From NCBI GenBank assembly GCA_041742355.1, contig JBGSIV010000271.1, positions 1 through 12,063 of the forward strand: a stretch of DNA of 12,063 nucleotides, in the 5' to 3' direction. A model generated the notes under the pieces. That model did not search any database and was not told where the DNA came from. It was given only the letters and a program-made list of their open reading frames with translations. Position 1 is the first letter of the stretch. Every line of letters starts with the position of its first letter. The position numbers were made by a program, and so were the translations under genes. Source of the stretch: Candidatus Zixiibacteriota bacterium. GTDB lineage: Bacteria; Zixibacteria; MSB-5A5; GN15; FEB-12. Below, one piece after another: positions 1-7,990 of the stretch.

Positions 1-158
1 TGCAGCACCTGCAGCCGCACCAGGTACGCCGGCGGGTTCTCCGCCATCGTCACCCCGCCGACCAACCGCGTCCCAACCAGACCGAGATACACCGCCACTG
101 CGGCGAGTCCGATAGCAAGCAACACGGTGAGAAGCTTCCGAAAACTGTTTCTTGTCAT
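1..158 (-). CDS. 5' part of a membrane-anchored protein running off the window; possibly LytR C-terminal-domain type
   Basis: Manual translation from ATG at 158: MTRNSFRKLLTVFLLSGLAAVAVYLGLVGTRLVGGVTMAENPPAYLVRLQVL..., open to the window edge. Basic N-terminus followed by a hydrophobic helix. 'VRLQVL' resembles the start of LytR_C domains (weak). Not in the ORF track. Confidence 0.65.
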   Translation of the reverse strand, partial: MTRNSFRKLLTVLLAIGLAAVAVYLGLVGTRLVGGVTMAENPPAYLVRLQVL

Positions 159-262
159 GTCTTCACGGGGTACCGGTGATTCTTATCGCCGGCTGGATGG
201 CGAGGGTCGGAAAGCGGGAGCCCAGAGGCGGGAAACTGTGTGCTCAGGCAGCTCCTTCCTGC

Positions 263-745
263 TTAGTAAGGACTCCACCAGTAACCGGGGCGATAGAGGC
301 TGCTGCGGTAGTAATTCGGACCATACAAACCGCCCGCAACTCTCTGCATTCCGATCGTCATCCGGAACTTATCGGACGGATGATAGTCCAGCACAAACCC
401 CGGTAGTACTGTCGCATTGTTGTTGCCATCGCCCCAGATCGCCCCGGCATTGTGCGCCACGCCGACATTCAGCATGAGCGACAGCTTAGGCGAGAATTCG
501 TAGAACATGCTCGTATTGAGCACGCCCATCGACGCACTTCCGCCGCCACCCGACAGGTACGACAGCGAATAGCTGTGCGACCACTGCAGGCGCGACAGGT
601 CGATCAATGACATAGGATTCTTCGCCGGTTGCACACCGAGCGCCTGCGACCGCGTGGCGGCCAGCAGATCGGCACGATCAGCCATCTGCGCCGAAACGGG
701 AAGCGCCAGAGCCAGAGTAGCCAGAGTCAGAATGAGTTTGCGCAT
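263..745 (-). CDS. Secreted/outer-envelope hypothetical protein (160 aa)
   Basis: Preferred start is ATG 745, preceded by GGTGA. MRKLILTLATLALALPVSA|Q is a typical Sec signal peptide. The mature part has alternating beta-strand-like segments (WSHSYSLSY, MFYEF, FVLDY, FRMTIGM). Stop TAA at 263-265. Confidence 0.8.
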   Translation of the reverse strand: MRKLILTLATLALALPVSAQMADRADLLAATRSQALGVQPAKNPMSLIDLSRLQWSHSYSLSYLSGGGGSASMGVLNTSMFYEFSPKLSLMLNVGVAHNAGAIWGDGNNNATVLPGFVLDYHPSDKFRMTIGMQRVAGGLYGPNYYRSSLYRPGYWWSPY

Positions 746-775
746 AGTTGCTATCACCAATTCCTACACTGATTT

Positions 776-805
776 AATCTACGTGACCCGGAGCGGTCGG
801 GTCAA
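776..805 (-). promoter_or_regulatory. Putative sigma70 promoter for the 263-745 gene, overlapped by an inverted repeat
   Basis: Minus strand TTGACC (805-800), 18-nt spacer, TAGATT (781-776), with a T-tract upstream. The inverted repeat TGACCCG/CGGGTCA (784-790/798-804) overlaps the -35 and spacer. Confidence 0.5.
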
Positions 806-886
806 TAAAAAAATCCTGTTACTATCTGCTTTATCGACCCGACCCCCTGTCAGTATTTAAACGCAGCCGACCCCTTTTTCGATCAA

Positions 887-1645
887 TTATTTGCTCCGCT
901 CCACCGAACTGGCCGTGAACTTTTTCGCCAGATCCTGCAACTGATCAACGGAGTTTACCCCGATAACCTCGTCGGGGTTGTCAGCAGCAACCACTGCAAC
1001 CGGCAACCCCTTTTCATGCAATATCTTAATAGTGTCAGTCAAGTAGTATTCGCCCTGTGCATTGTCACGCCCGATCTGATCCAGCGCCTCGAACAGCCGA
1101 CGGTTATCGAAACACAGGATCCCGGTATTGATCTCCCGGATCTTCCTCACCTCATCCGAAGCATCCTTGTGCTCAATAATCTCCCGCAGCACATCGCTGT
1201 TCCCTTCCCGCACTATCCGGCCATACCCGGTCGGATCCGGGAAGACCGCCGACAGACAGGTGGCTGCCGCCGAATTGAGCTGGTGCGTCGCGAACAGCCG
1301 TTCGACCGACTCCCGACTCAAAAACGGCACATCTCCCGCCGCAATCAAAGTGGATCCGTCGAACTCGCCGAGCACTTCGCGGGCCATCATAACCGCATGC
1401 CCGGTACCCAATTGCTCGCGCTGCCAGACGCACGTCACGGGATATGACGCCAACGCTTCCTGAACCATCTCCCCTTTGTGCCCGATCACCACTACCACCT
1501 GCTCGAATCCTATTGGAAGCAGGGTATCCAGCAGGATCCGCACCATCGGACGTCCCTCAATCTCATGCAGCACCTTGGGCAGGTCCGAGTTCATCCGTTT
1601 TCCCTTCCCCGCCGCCAGAACCACGGCCGCACGCTTCGTCGTCAT
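887..1645 (-). CDS. glmU: GlmU-like sugar-1-phosphate nucleotidyltransferase, N-terminal domain only (252 aa)
   Basis: GlmU uridyltransferase motifs LAAGKGKRMNSDLPKVLH, EQLGTGHAV, GYGRIVR, IIEHKD, EINTG, NAQGEYYLTD and GVN are present. The protein stops before the hexapeptide-repeat acetyltransferase domain. Confidence 0.85.
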   Translation of the reverse strand: MTTKRAAVVLAAGKGKRMNSDLPKVLHEIEGRPMVRILLDTLLPIGFEQVVVVIGHKGEMVQEALASYPVTCVWQREQLGTGHAVMMAREVLGEFDGSTLIAAGDVPFLSRESVERLFATHQLNSAAATCLSAVFPDPTGYGRIVREGNSDVLREIIEHKDASDEVRKIREINTGILCFDNRRLFEALDQIGRDNAQGEYYLTDTIKILHEKGLPVAVVAADNPDEVIGVNSVDQLQDLAKKFTASSVERSK

Positions 1646-1668
1646 AAGAACCCTCAGGTATTGGAGTG

Positions 1669-1699
1669 AAAGGGGCCGTCAGGCCGGGAGAAACGGCCC
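1669..1699 (-). terminator. Weak possible intrinsic terminator or hairpin after panD
   Basis: GGGCCGT/ACGGCCC 7-bp inverted repeat (1673-1679/1693-1699), followed on the minus strand by only CTTT. Confidence 0.3.
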
Positions 1700-1703
1700 G
1701 GTG

Positions 1704-2057
1704 TCACGGCTTCGTCGGCTTGTTATTCTTGTCGACATGGACCACCGCCGGCTTGTGATTGGCGGCTTCCGCCTTGTCCATGTGGCCGTAGGCGATGATT
1801 ATGACGAGGTCGCCGATCGCCCCGCGACGGGCGGCGGCGCCGTTGAGCGCAATAACCCCGGTCCCGGCCTCCCCCTTGATCACGTACGTCTCGAAGCGCT
1901 CACCATTGGTGACATTGGCCACCTGGATCTTCTCGTATTCCACCAGATCCGCCAGGCGCATCAGATCCTCATCGATCGTCAGCGACCCGACATAATCCAG
2001 CGACGCGCCCGTTATGGTCGCCCGGTGTATCTTTGATTTGCAGACGGTTATCAGCAT
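1704..2057 (-). CDS. panD: Aspartate 1-decarboxylase (pyruvoyl enzyme)
   Basis: KSKIHRATIT...YVG|SLTID (Gly24-Ser25 self-cleavage site), NGERFETYVI, LNGAAAR, GDLVIIIAY; 117 aa; AGGA RBS upstream. Confidence 0.97.
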   Translation of the reverse strand: MLITVCKSKIHRATITGASLDYVGSLTIDEDLMRLADLVEYEKIQVANVTNGERFETYVIKGEAGTGVIALNGAAARRGAIGDLVIIIAYGHMDKAEAANHKPAVVHVDKNNKPTKP

Positions 2058-2097
2058 GTTGTTCCTACTACCCCTTACTGCCGCAGGAGTTCGCGGT

Positions 2098-2125
2098 AAT
2101 ATAGGGCTCCGGCGCTGTACGTCAA
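2098..2125 (-). promoter_or_regulatory. Putative sigma70 promoter for panD-glmU
   Basis: TTGACG (2125-2120), 16-nt spacer, TATATT (2103-2098), about 40 nt upstream of the panD ATG. Confidence 0.55.
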
Positions 2126-2221
2126 GACCTTTGGGGGTGATTTACCGGGCGCCGCACCGGCTCGTGCCCGTGCTTCTCCAACCGGCAAACGTCCTGAAAG
2201 TTCCTCCGAACAACCGGCTCC

Positions 2222-2716
2222 CTACGCCGAGATCTGCACCCAGTTGCGGGCCGGGAAAATATCGAGCTCCTCGGTGACTTCCTCTATCGCCCGTTCGAGA
2301 TTCTTCCAGCTCACCAGGTGTTTGGCCTTTCCCGGCGGCAACCAGCGGAAATCCCCGTTCTCCGGCGACAGTTTCACCTCGCAGTCATGGGCGACCACCG
2401 CCACAATCAGCGGGAGAATCCAGATTTTGTCGAATTCCGGTTCGTAAAACTGCACCAGGTACTCGGTCGCCCACATGCTCTGCGGCACCAGACCCGTCTC
2501 CTCCCCGAGTTCCCTCACCACGACCTGGGCCACCGTCTCCGTGCCCCGCTTTCCCCCTGTCATGAAGCCCCAGTACCCGCCGTAGGATTCGGTCTTGGCC
2601 CGTTGCAGTATAAGGAACTTCCAGCCGTCCGGGTCTTTCTTGACCACAGCCACATTGACCCCGGGGGATTCTATCCCGATCTTCGTCGACTCCATCATAT
2701 AAACCTGTTTGCTCAT
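2222..2716 (-). CDS. Nudix hydrolase (NudB-like)
   Basis: Complete Nudix box G-GKRGT-E-TVAQVVV-RELGEETGL. Flanking segments FLILQR...W and LSPE...FRWL resemble NudB-type enzymes. GAGG RBS upstream. Substrate not determinable. Confidence 0.9.
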   Translation of the reverse strand: MSKQVYMMESTKIGIESPGVNVAVVKKDPDGWKFLILQRAKTESYGGYWGFMTGGKRGTETVAQVVVRELGEETGLVPQSMWATEYLVQFYEPEFDKIWILPLIVAVVAHDCEVKLSPENGDFRWLPPGKAKHLVSWKNLERAIEEVTEELDIFPARNWVQISA

Positions 2717-2752
2717 TTCCCTCGATTGTTACCAATTTCACAATGTCCGCGT

Positions 2753-2780
2753 AATCTACATCCTCCCGCCCAAAGATCAA
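2753..2780 (-). promoter_or_regulatory. Putative sigma70 promoter for the Nudix gene
   Basis: TTGATC (2780-2775), 16-nt spacer, TAGATT (2758-2753). Confidence 0.45.
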
Positions 2781-2987
2781 GCACGTTTTCGCCCCCAATC
2801 CCTCAACCTGTGCCCATCGGGCGAATTCGTGGAAGCCAGAGCAAACATTTCTCCCCTGCGGGATGTTACAGGAATTGACCCGTCTGCCGGCCGTGCGCCG
2901 GATCTCCTTCGGGGCTGGGGGTTTGGACCGATATTCATGACCTTTACCTTGGTATACAAGTGAACCCATCCACCTCTGGAGGCAAAC

Positions 2988-3548
2988 ATGGCTCCGTCCT
3001 CAACCGCACCCGACCGGATTGATGACCTGTACCCGGATCTCTCTATCGACAGGCTGGTCGCTGTCTATGCTGCCGGGCCAGCCCGCCTGCGGCACGCCCT
3101 CGTCGGCCTCGGGGAAACCGAACTCCTGGCCCGCCCGATCGACGGCAAGTGGTCGATCCAGGAAATCACCATCCATCTCGCCGATGCCGAAATCATGGGC
3201 GCCGCCCGTTTTCGCCAGGCCCTGACCGGATCCGACCGCACCTTTTCCTTCTACCACCAGGAAATCTGGTGCAACCAGTTCGACTACCAACACGCCGGTC
3301 CGGCCGCCCTCGACCTTGCCGTGGATCTTTTCTCCGCCCTGCGCGCCACCACCACGATCCTGCTGAAACAGGCAGCCCCCGAACGCATGACCTGCACCGG
3401 CTACCACCCCGAGCACGGCAACATGTCTGTCCGGCAGCTCATCGAGAGTTATGCCGCCCACAGTGAAAACCACCTGCACCAGATTCTCGACCGCCGGAGC
3501 CGCCTCGGCAAACCGATCGAGTTGGAACCGCTCCTGCCGACGCCCTGA
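2988..3548 (+). CDS. DinB/YfiT-superfamily protein (putative metal-dependent thiol S-transferase or hydrolase)
   Basis: GGAGG RBS. Motifs RPIDGKWSIQEITIHLADAE, GYHPEHG and YAAHSENHLHQI supply the three-His metal site of DinB_2/YfiT proteins. Confidence 0.9.
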   Translation: MAPSSTAPDRIDDLYPDLSIDRLVAVYAAGPARLRHALVGLGETELLARPIDGKWSIQEITIHLADAEIMGAARFRQALTGSDRTFSFYHQEIWCNQFDYQHAGPAALDLAVDLFSALRATTTILLKQAAPERMTCTGYHPEHGNMSVRQLIESYAAHSENHLHQILDRRSRLGKPIELEPLLPTP

Positions 3549-3816
3549 GTTGCGGAGCCGGCCGACGCGCACTCCCCGGCCCGGGAACATGACCATCAGA
3601 GTCCGCACCACCCATTTAACATGGATTTGGATGGATCATTTTGGAGCTATTGTGTACAAGAAAGTAGAGTTTTGCGCACCACGCCGACAAACCCATGCGG
3701 TTTGTGGCCTGAATTCTCCGTTGCTACACACACCCTGCTCCATCAGACTGCATCCGTTGGGCAATTCTCGTCTTTAACGTAACCGACCAACGACAGAGGG
3801 AAGGAAACGCGAGCGA

Positions 3817-4992
3817 ATGTCGCCCCATTTGAGCCCTGAGCCGGCCCGTACTGCCGCCCGCCTCAGGGCGATCTTTGAGAACGTCTCCGACGGACTGGTT
3901 CTGCTCGATCTGGAGGGCCGGGCCCTTGAGGTCAATCCGGCCTGGCTGGATATCCACGGCTACGCCAACCTGGCCGAGGTTCCCGGCCACGACAACCAGC
4001 GTCCATGGGAGATTGCCATGTACACCGAGGGTGGCGAATTGGTTCCTCCCCACGACTGGCCCCAGATGGATGCCCTCCGCGGCTCGGTCGTCCGCAACCG
4101 GATACTCCGCGTGGTCAACATGCGCACCGGACGGGAGTTTTTCGGAAGTTACTCGTGTTCGCCCGTGCTGGGCGAACGCGGTGAGATGCTTTGGCTCATC
4201 GTCACCATCCACGATGTCACGGACCTCAAACGGGCGCAGCAGGAGTATGAGACGCTGCTGAAAGAGACGCTCGATGGCCGCCGTCAGCTCGAGAACCTGA
4301 CAGCCACCCTCGAGGAACAGGTGCAAACCCGTACCCAGCAGGCCCGCGCCCTTTCCCGCGCCCTGACGCTCGCCGAACAGCGCGCACGGGCCCGGTTCGC
4401 CCGCATCCTCCACGAAGACCTCCAGCAGGTGCTCCTGGCGGCAAAGATGCAGCTGGATCTCGTGGCTTCCGGCGACGGTACCGGGGTTGTCCAGACCGAC
4501 GACATCGCCAACGCCAACCGCTTGATCAGCAAAGCGGTGGGCACCGCCCGGGGCCTCGCCCTGGAAATGAACCCGCCTGTCCTCGACTCCGAGGGACTCG
4601 ATGCCGCACTCCTCTGGCTGGCCAGCCACATGCAGAAACAGCACGGCGTGCCGATCGAAACCGGCATTGCCGGCCGCCTTCTCCTTTCCCAGCGGGGCAT
4701 GAGCATCCTGCTCGTGCAGATCGTCCGTGAACTGATGGCCTCGGCCATCCGCGGCCTTCAACCGGCACGTCTCCTGCTCGTCGCTTTCCGCGCCCGGGCC
4801 GATCTCGTTGTCCTGATCGAAGCTGTCGGCAGCGAACAATTCGGCGATGGCGCCGGGACTCAGTGGATGACCCGCGCCAACTGGGGGGGACTAGCCGACC
4901 ACCTGCAGCTATTCGACGGTCGCATTAACTGGGAACGGGTGAACGACGACACCCAGCGGGTGCGTGTCGTACTCCCCGTGGAGGACAAATAG
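3817..4992 (+). CDS. Cytoplasmic PAS-domain HisKA_3 (NarX/UhpB-type) sensor kinase-like protein with degenerate ATPase domain
   Basis: PAS/PAC (AIFENVSDGLVLLDLEGRALEVNPAW...IVTIHDVTDLKR), then a coiled coil, H-box RFARILHEDLQQ (His199) and LNPPVL-like X-box (MNPPVLDSEGL). The C-terminal HATPase-like segment lacks the canonical N/G1/G2 residues. No transmembrane helix. Confidence 0.85.
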   Translation: MSPHLSPEPARTAARLRAIFENVSDGLVLLDLEGRALEVNPAWLDIHGYANLAEVPGHDNQRPWEIAMYTEGGELVPPHDWPQMDALRGSVVRNRILRVVNMRTGREFFGSYSCSPVLGERGEMLWLIVTIHDVTDLKRAQQEYETLLKETLDGRRQLENLTATLEEQVQTRTQQARALSRALTLAEQRARARFARILHEDLQQVLLAAKMQLDLVASGDGTGVVQTDDIANANRLISKAVGTARGLALEMNPPVLDSEGLDAALLWLASHMQKQHGVPIETGIAGRLLLSQRGMSILLVQIVRELMASAIRGLQPARLLLVAFRARADLVVLIEAVGSEQFGDGAGTQWMTRANWGGLADHLQLFDGRINWERVNDDTQRVRVVLPVEDK

Positions 4993-4993
4993 G

Positions 4994-5365
4994 ATGACCA
5001 ACAGAGTGTTTATCGTTGAAGACCATGAAGACATGCGCGTGATGTACCGCCGCATCCTCGGCCGATCGGGTATGGAAGTCTGCGGCGAGGCAATCTCGGG
5101 GGAGGACGCCCTGCACCGTATTCCGGCGGCCAAGCCCAACGTCGTCCTGATTGACATCTCGCTCCCCGGCATGGACGGCATCGAACTCGTGCGCCGTCTC
5201 CGCGAGGAGCGTTCCAAAGCCTGCCTGCTGATCTGCACGGGTCACGAGGTCGCCCAGTACCAGCGGGTCGCCTTCGACGCCGGCGCCGACGCCATCACCT
5301 CTAAGGACGACTCCCGCATCCTGCTGCGCACGCTCTCCAGCCTCATGCAGGGTCCGTGTCAGTAG
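4994..5365 (+). CDS. Single-domain response regulator receiver (NarL-like REC, no output domain; 123 aa)
   Basis: ATG 4994 lies 1 nt after the kinase TAG, with GGAGGA upstream. Conserved E9/D10, phosphoacceptor D54 (VLIDISLPGMDG), T82 and K104. Ends about 19 aa after the Lys with no HTH. Confidence 0.92.
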   Translation: MTNRVFIVEDHEDMRVMYRRILGRSGMEVCGEAISGEDALHRIPAAKPNVVLIDISLPGMDGIELVRRLREERSKACLLICTGHEVAQYQRVAFDAGADAITSKDDSRILLRTLSSLMQGPCQ

Positions 5366-5396
5366 GCCCCGATCCCCACGTCTCCCGGACTCCGCT

Positions 5397-6245
5397 TCAG
5401 CCCAGTTTCATATTGTCGATCAGCCGCACCCCGTGCACCCGAACCGCCAGCGAACAAACGGTCCCCCGGCCGATACGTTTCACCGGCTCCAGCGTTTCAG
5501 TATCCGTGAACGCGATGTAATCGATCTGCCCCGACGGGCAGGTCGCACGAATCACCGCCTCCATCTCCCTGCGCACTTTCGACGGTTCCGATTTCCCCGA
5601 CCGCACCATCTCCCGCGCTGTTCGCAATGCGTAGTACAAGCAGAGCGCTTCCTTCCTGTGCTGCGGATCCCTCAGGTACGCGTTGCGCGACGACATCGCC
5701 AGGCCATCCCGTTCCCGCACTGTCGGCGCAATGATGAGCTTGATGGGGAATCCGAGGTCGCGCGTCATCTGTCTGATCACCGCTCCCTGCTGGAAATCTT
5801 TCATCCCGAATACCGCCACATCGGGCCGCGTCAGGTTGAACAACTTCGCCACCACGGTCGCTACCCCGCGAAAATGCCCCGGCCGCACGGCGCCCTCCAG
5901 CCGCTCCGTGATCACCTCGACATTGACATATGTCTGGAATCCCTCCGGGTACATCTCGGCGGCTTTCGGCACGAACACGATATCCCCGCCCGCCGAGGCG
6001 ATCTTGCGAAGATCCCCTTTCTCGTCGCGGGGATATTTGGCTAGATCCTCATGGGGGGCAAACTGGGTGGGGTTGACGAATATCGTGACGATCACGACAT
6101 CCGCTTCCTTCTTCGCCCGCTGCACCAGCGAGAGGTGCCCTTCGTGCAGGTAGCCCATGGTCGGCACCAAGCCGATTGTCTTCCCCGAGGCGGCAAGCTC
6201 CCGCGCCGCCCGCTGCATCTGTTTGACCGAGCGTATGATTCGCAT
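5397..6245 (-). CDS. panC: Pantoate--beta-alanine ligase
   Basis: VPTMGYLHEGHLSL, IFVNPTQF, RPGHFRGVATVVAKLF, FGMKDFQQ, RERDGLAMSSRN, VRLIDN. Confidence 0.98.
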   Translation of the reverse strand: MRIIRSVKQMQRAARELAASGKTIGLVPTMGYLHEGHLSLVQRAKKEADVVIVTIFVNPTQFAPHEDLAKYPRDEKGDLRKIASAGGDIVFVPKAAEMYPEGFQTYVNVEVITERLEGAVRPGHFRGVATVVAKLFNLTRPDVAVFGMKDFQQGAVIRQMTRDLGFPIKLIIAPTVRERDGLAMSSRNAYLRDPQHRKEALCLYYALRTAREMVRSGKSEPSKVRREMEAVIRATCPSGQIDYIAFTDTETLEPVKRIGRGTVCSLAVRVHGVRLIDNMKLG

Positions 6246-6252
6246 GGGGTGT

Positions 6253-6280
6253 AATTTACCCTTGCCCCGGCCAAAATCAA
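6253..6280 (-). promoter_or_regulatory. Putative sigma70 promoter immediately upstream of the panC ATG (leaderless)
   Basis: TTGATT (6280-6275), 16-nt spacer, TAAATT (6258-6253), then 7 nt to ATG 6245. No SD sequence in the intervening ACACCCC. Confidence 0.55.
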
Positions 6281-6330
6281 GAACCGTCTTGATGTGCCTG
6301 CTTGATCACCCCGCGCTCCCGGACAAGGCC

Positions 6331-6355
6331 CCGGGTCGGGACCACCCCGGCCCGG
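6331..6355. other. GC-rich hairpin downstream of the NmrA-family gene
   Basis: CCGGGTCGGG-ACCAC-CCCGGCCCGG, 9/10 complementary. No U-tract, so not called a terminator. Confidence 0.35.
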
Positions 6356-6370
6356 AGCTATCATATTGGA

Positions 6371-7285
6371 CTACGCCTTCACCTGCGTGACCCGTGCGAA
6401 GAAGCTCTTGTTCGCGGTCGCCCACTGCTCAAACGTCTGCATCCCGGGATACAGCCGCTTGCTCTCTTCAATTGCCCCGGAGTAGTCCGTCATGTACAGC
6501 CGGTACATGTGGTACATGTCGGCCATCTCCGCCGCGCCGGGGAAGCCGAATCCCGCGTACACCTCGCGCGGAATGTGCTGGTATGTCACCTTCTCTCCCA
6601 GCACGCGGGAGAGAATCGCGGCGTATTCCGAGGCCGGCCGGGCGTCCCCGGCGATCGTCACCACCTGCCCGACATATTCCTCCGAATGCTCGAACATCGC
6701 CGCCACCGGCCCGCCGACATCCTGCACCGACACTCCGCCCAGCAGTGTATCCCCCTGCGGCATCCCGAAGCCGAGCGTGCCGTCGTCCTGGCGCTGGATC
6801 ATCCCGTAGTTGACCAGATTTTCGAAGTAGAACGCGACATGCACGAATCCGGCCCAGATCGGCCGCTTGCGGATCTCCTCCTCCACCCGGGCCTTCAATT
6901 CAAAATGCGGCACCTTGAGATATCCCTCGCCCAGCTTCCGAGGGTCAGCCAGCGAACTGAAGAGGTAGAACTCTGGCTTTGCGGCCTCGACCGCCTGCAT
7001 CAGGTTGATGCCGTGGTCGTACTCCCGATCCCAGTGTTCCCAGTAGTTGGTGACGCCGAACACACCCCAGCAGCCCTGCATCGCTTTCTGGAGACTCTTC
7101 ACATCGTCCATCGTCCCCGCGACGACTTCGACCCCCGTCTGGGTCAATTCCCGGGCTTTGTCCGACTCCGGGTTCCGGGTGATTGCCCGGACATCGAATG
7201 TCCCGCGCCGCAGCAGGTGCCGCACCACGCTGCCCCCCTGTCCGCCGGTCGCGCCGGTGACCAGAATTTTTCGTTTGTCCGCCAT
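6371..7285 (-). CDS. NmrA/HSCARG-family NAD(P)-binding protein (atypical SDR)
   Basis: ILVTGATGGQGGSVV Rossmann motif, VRAITRNP, GVFGVTNYWE, VPHFELK (HFxxK), FYFEN, VSVQDVG. AGGAGG RBS. Confidence 0.92.
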   Translation of the reverse strand: MADKRKILVTGATGGQGGSVVRHLLRRGTFDVRAITRNPESDKARELTQTGVEVVAGTMDDVKSLQKAMQGCWGVFGVTNYWEHWDREYDHGINLMQAVEAAKPEFYLFSSLADPRKLGEGYLKVPHFELKARVEEEIRKRPIWAGFVHVAFYFENLVNYGMIQRQDDGTLGFGMPQGDTLLGGVSVQDVGGPVAAMFEHSEEYVGQVVTIAGDARPASEYAAILSRVLGEKVTYQHIPREVYAGFGFPGAAEMADMYHMYRLYMTDYSGAIEESKRLYPGMQTFEQWATANKSFFARVTQVKA

Positions 7286-7402
7286 TGGTTTCCTCCTGAG
7301 GTTTTGAACCAGTCCGGGCGACCGTATGACCGCCGCTATTATGTATAGAAACCAATACGGATGCGGAAGGTTCTCTGTTAGGCGGGATTCGAGCAGGCGA
7401 TC

Positions 7403-7903
7403 TCAGGCTTCGTCAACCGCCCTGAAAGACACCCGGTCCCCCTCCAACGCCGCCCAGAATGAGCGTACCTCGATCCCCTCGAACTCCTGCCGAATCATGT
7501 CCGCCACCCGGCACAAATCATGCCGCTGCCGCGAGGGCAGATCGACGGCACTTTCGTGCCCGTGCATCCGACGGTACCACAGGCAGTCCTCGTGGTTAAT
7601 TACGACAACCCGGCGCAGGTTGCTCACCTGTATGAAGAACTTCACCTGGTCCCACATGGTGGCGAAGTTCTCCGGGTAACTTTCCTGGGCGCCGAGGGCC
7701 TGCGCTCCTCCCCCGGCCACCACAAGGGTGTAGGTGGCAATCTTAAGCTCTTCGGTCACAAACCGCCGGAACGCGTCCTGGAATCGAGGGTCGGCGCAGT
7801 GGATCACCAGCGCCTCCGACGGCCTCGTGTCGAGGGAGTAGTGCTTTAGGGATGATCCTGATTTACGATCCGGGGCGAAGGTCAGTTGTTGCCTGAGATT
7901 CAT
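7403..7903 (-). CDS. Small beta-carbonic-anhydrase-like zinc protein (166 aa)
   Basis: Preferred start is ATG 7903 after GGAGAGG. Contains C-x-D-x-R (IHCADPRF), a GGG segment and H-x-x-C (INHEDCLWY), the Cys/His/Cys zinc ligands plus Asp-Arg dyad of beta-CAs. Confidence 0.75.
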   Translation of the reverse strand: MNLRQQLTFAPDRKSGSSLKHYSLDTRPSEALVIHCADPRFQDAFRRFVTEELKIATYTLVVAGGGAQALGAQESYPENFATMWDQVKFFIQVSNLRRVVVINHEDCLWYRRMHGHESAVDLPSRQRHDLCRVADMIRQEFEGIEVRSFWAALEGDRVSFRAVDEA

Positions 7904-7990
7904 AACCTCTCCAATGTGTGGTGTCGCAGGTTCTTCGCTGCGGTCTTCCTCATTGAACAAGAATAGTCGGACGAGGTTTCCGGGCGGAAT

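Noticed and set aside
4964..4993. Longer ORF-track starts (4964 for the receiver; also 760, 7960, 12016)
   Set aside because: Downstream ATGs at 4994, 745, 7903 and 11995 have better RBSs and domain boundaries, and avoid overlaps in two cases.
3000..7348. Long antisense ORFs (3000-3611, 3724-4839, 5433-6044, 6302-7348)
   Set aside because: They lie opposite well-supported genes, as expected in high-GC DNA with few stop codons.
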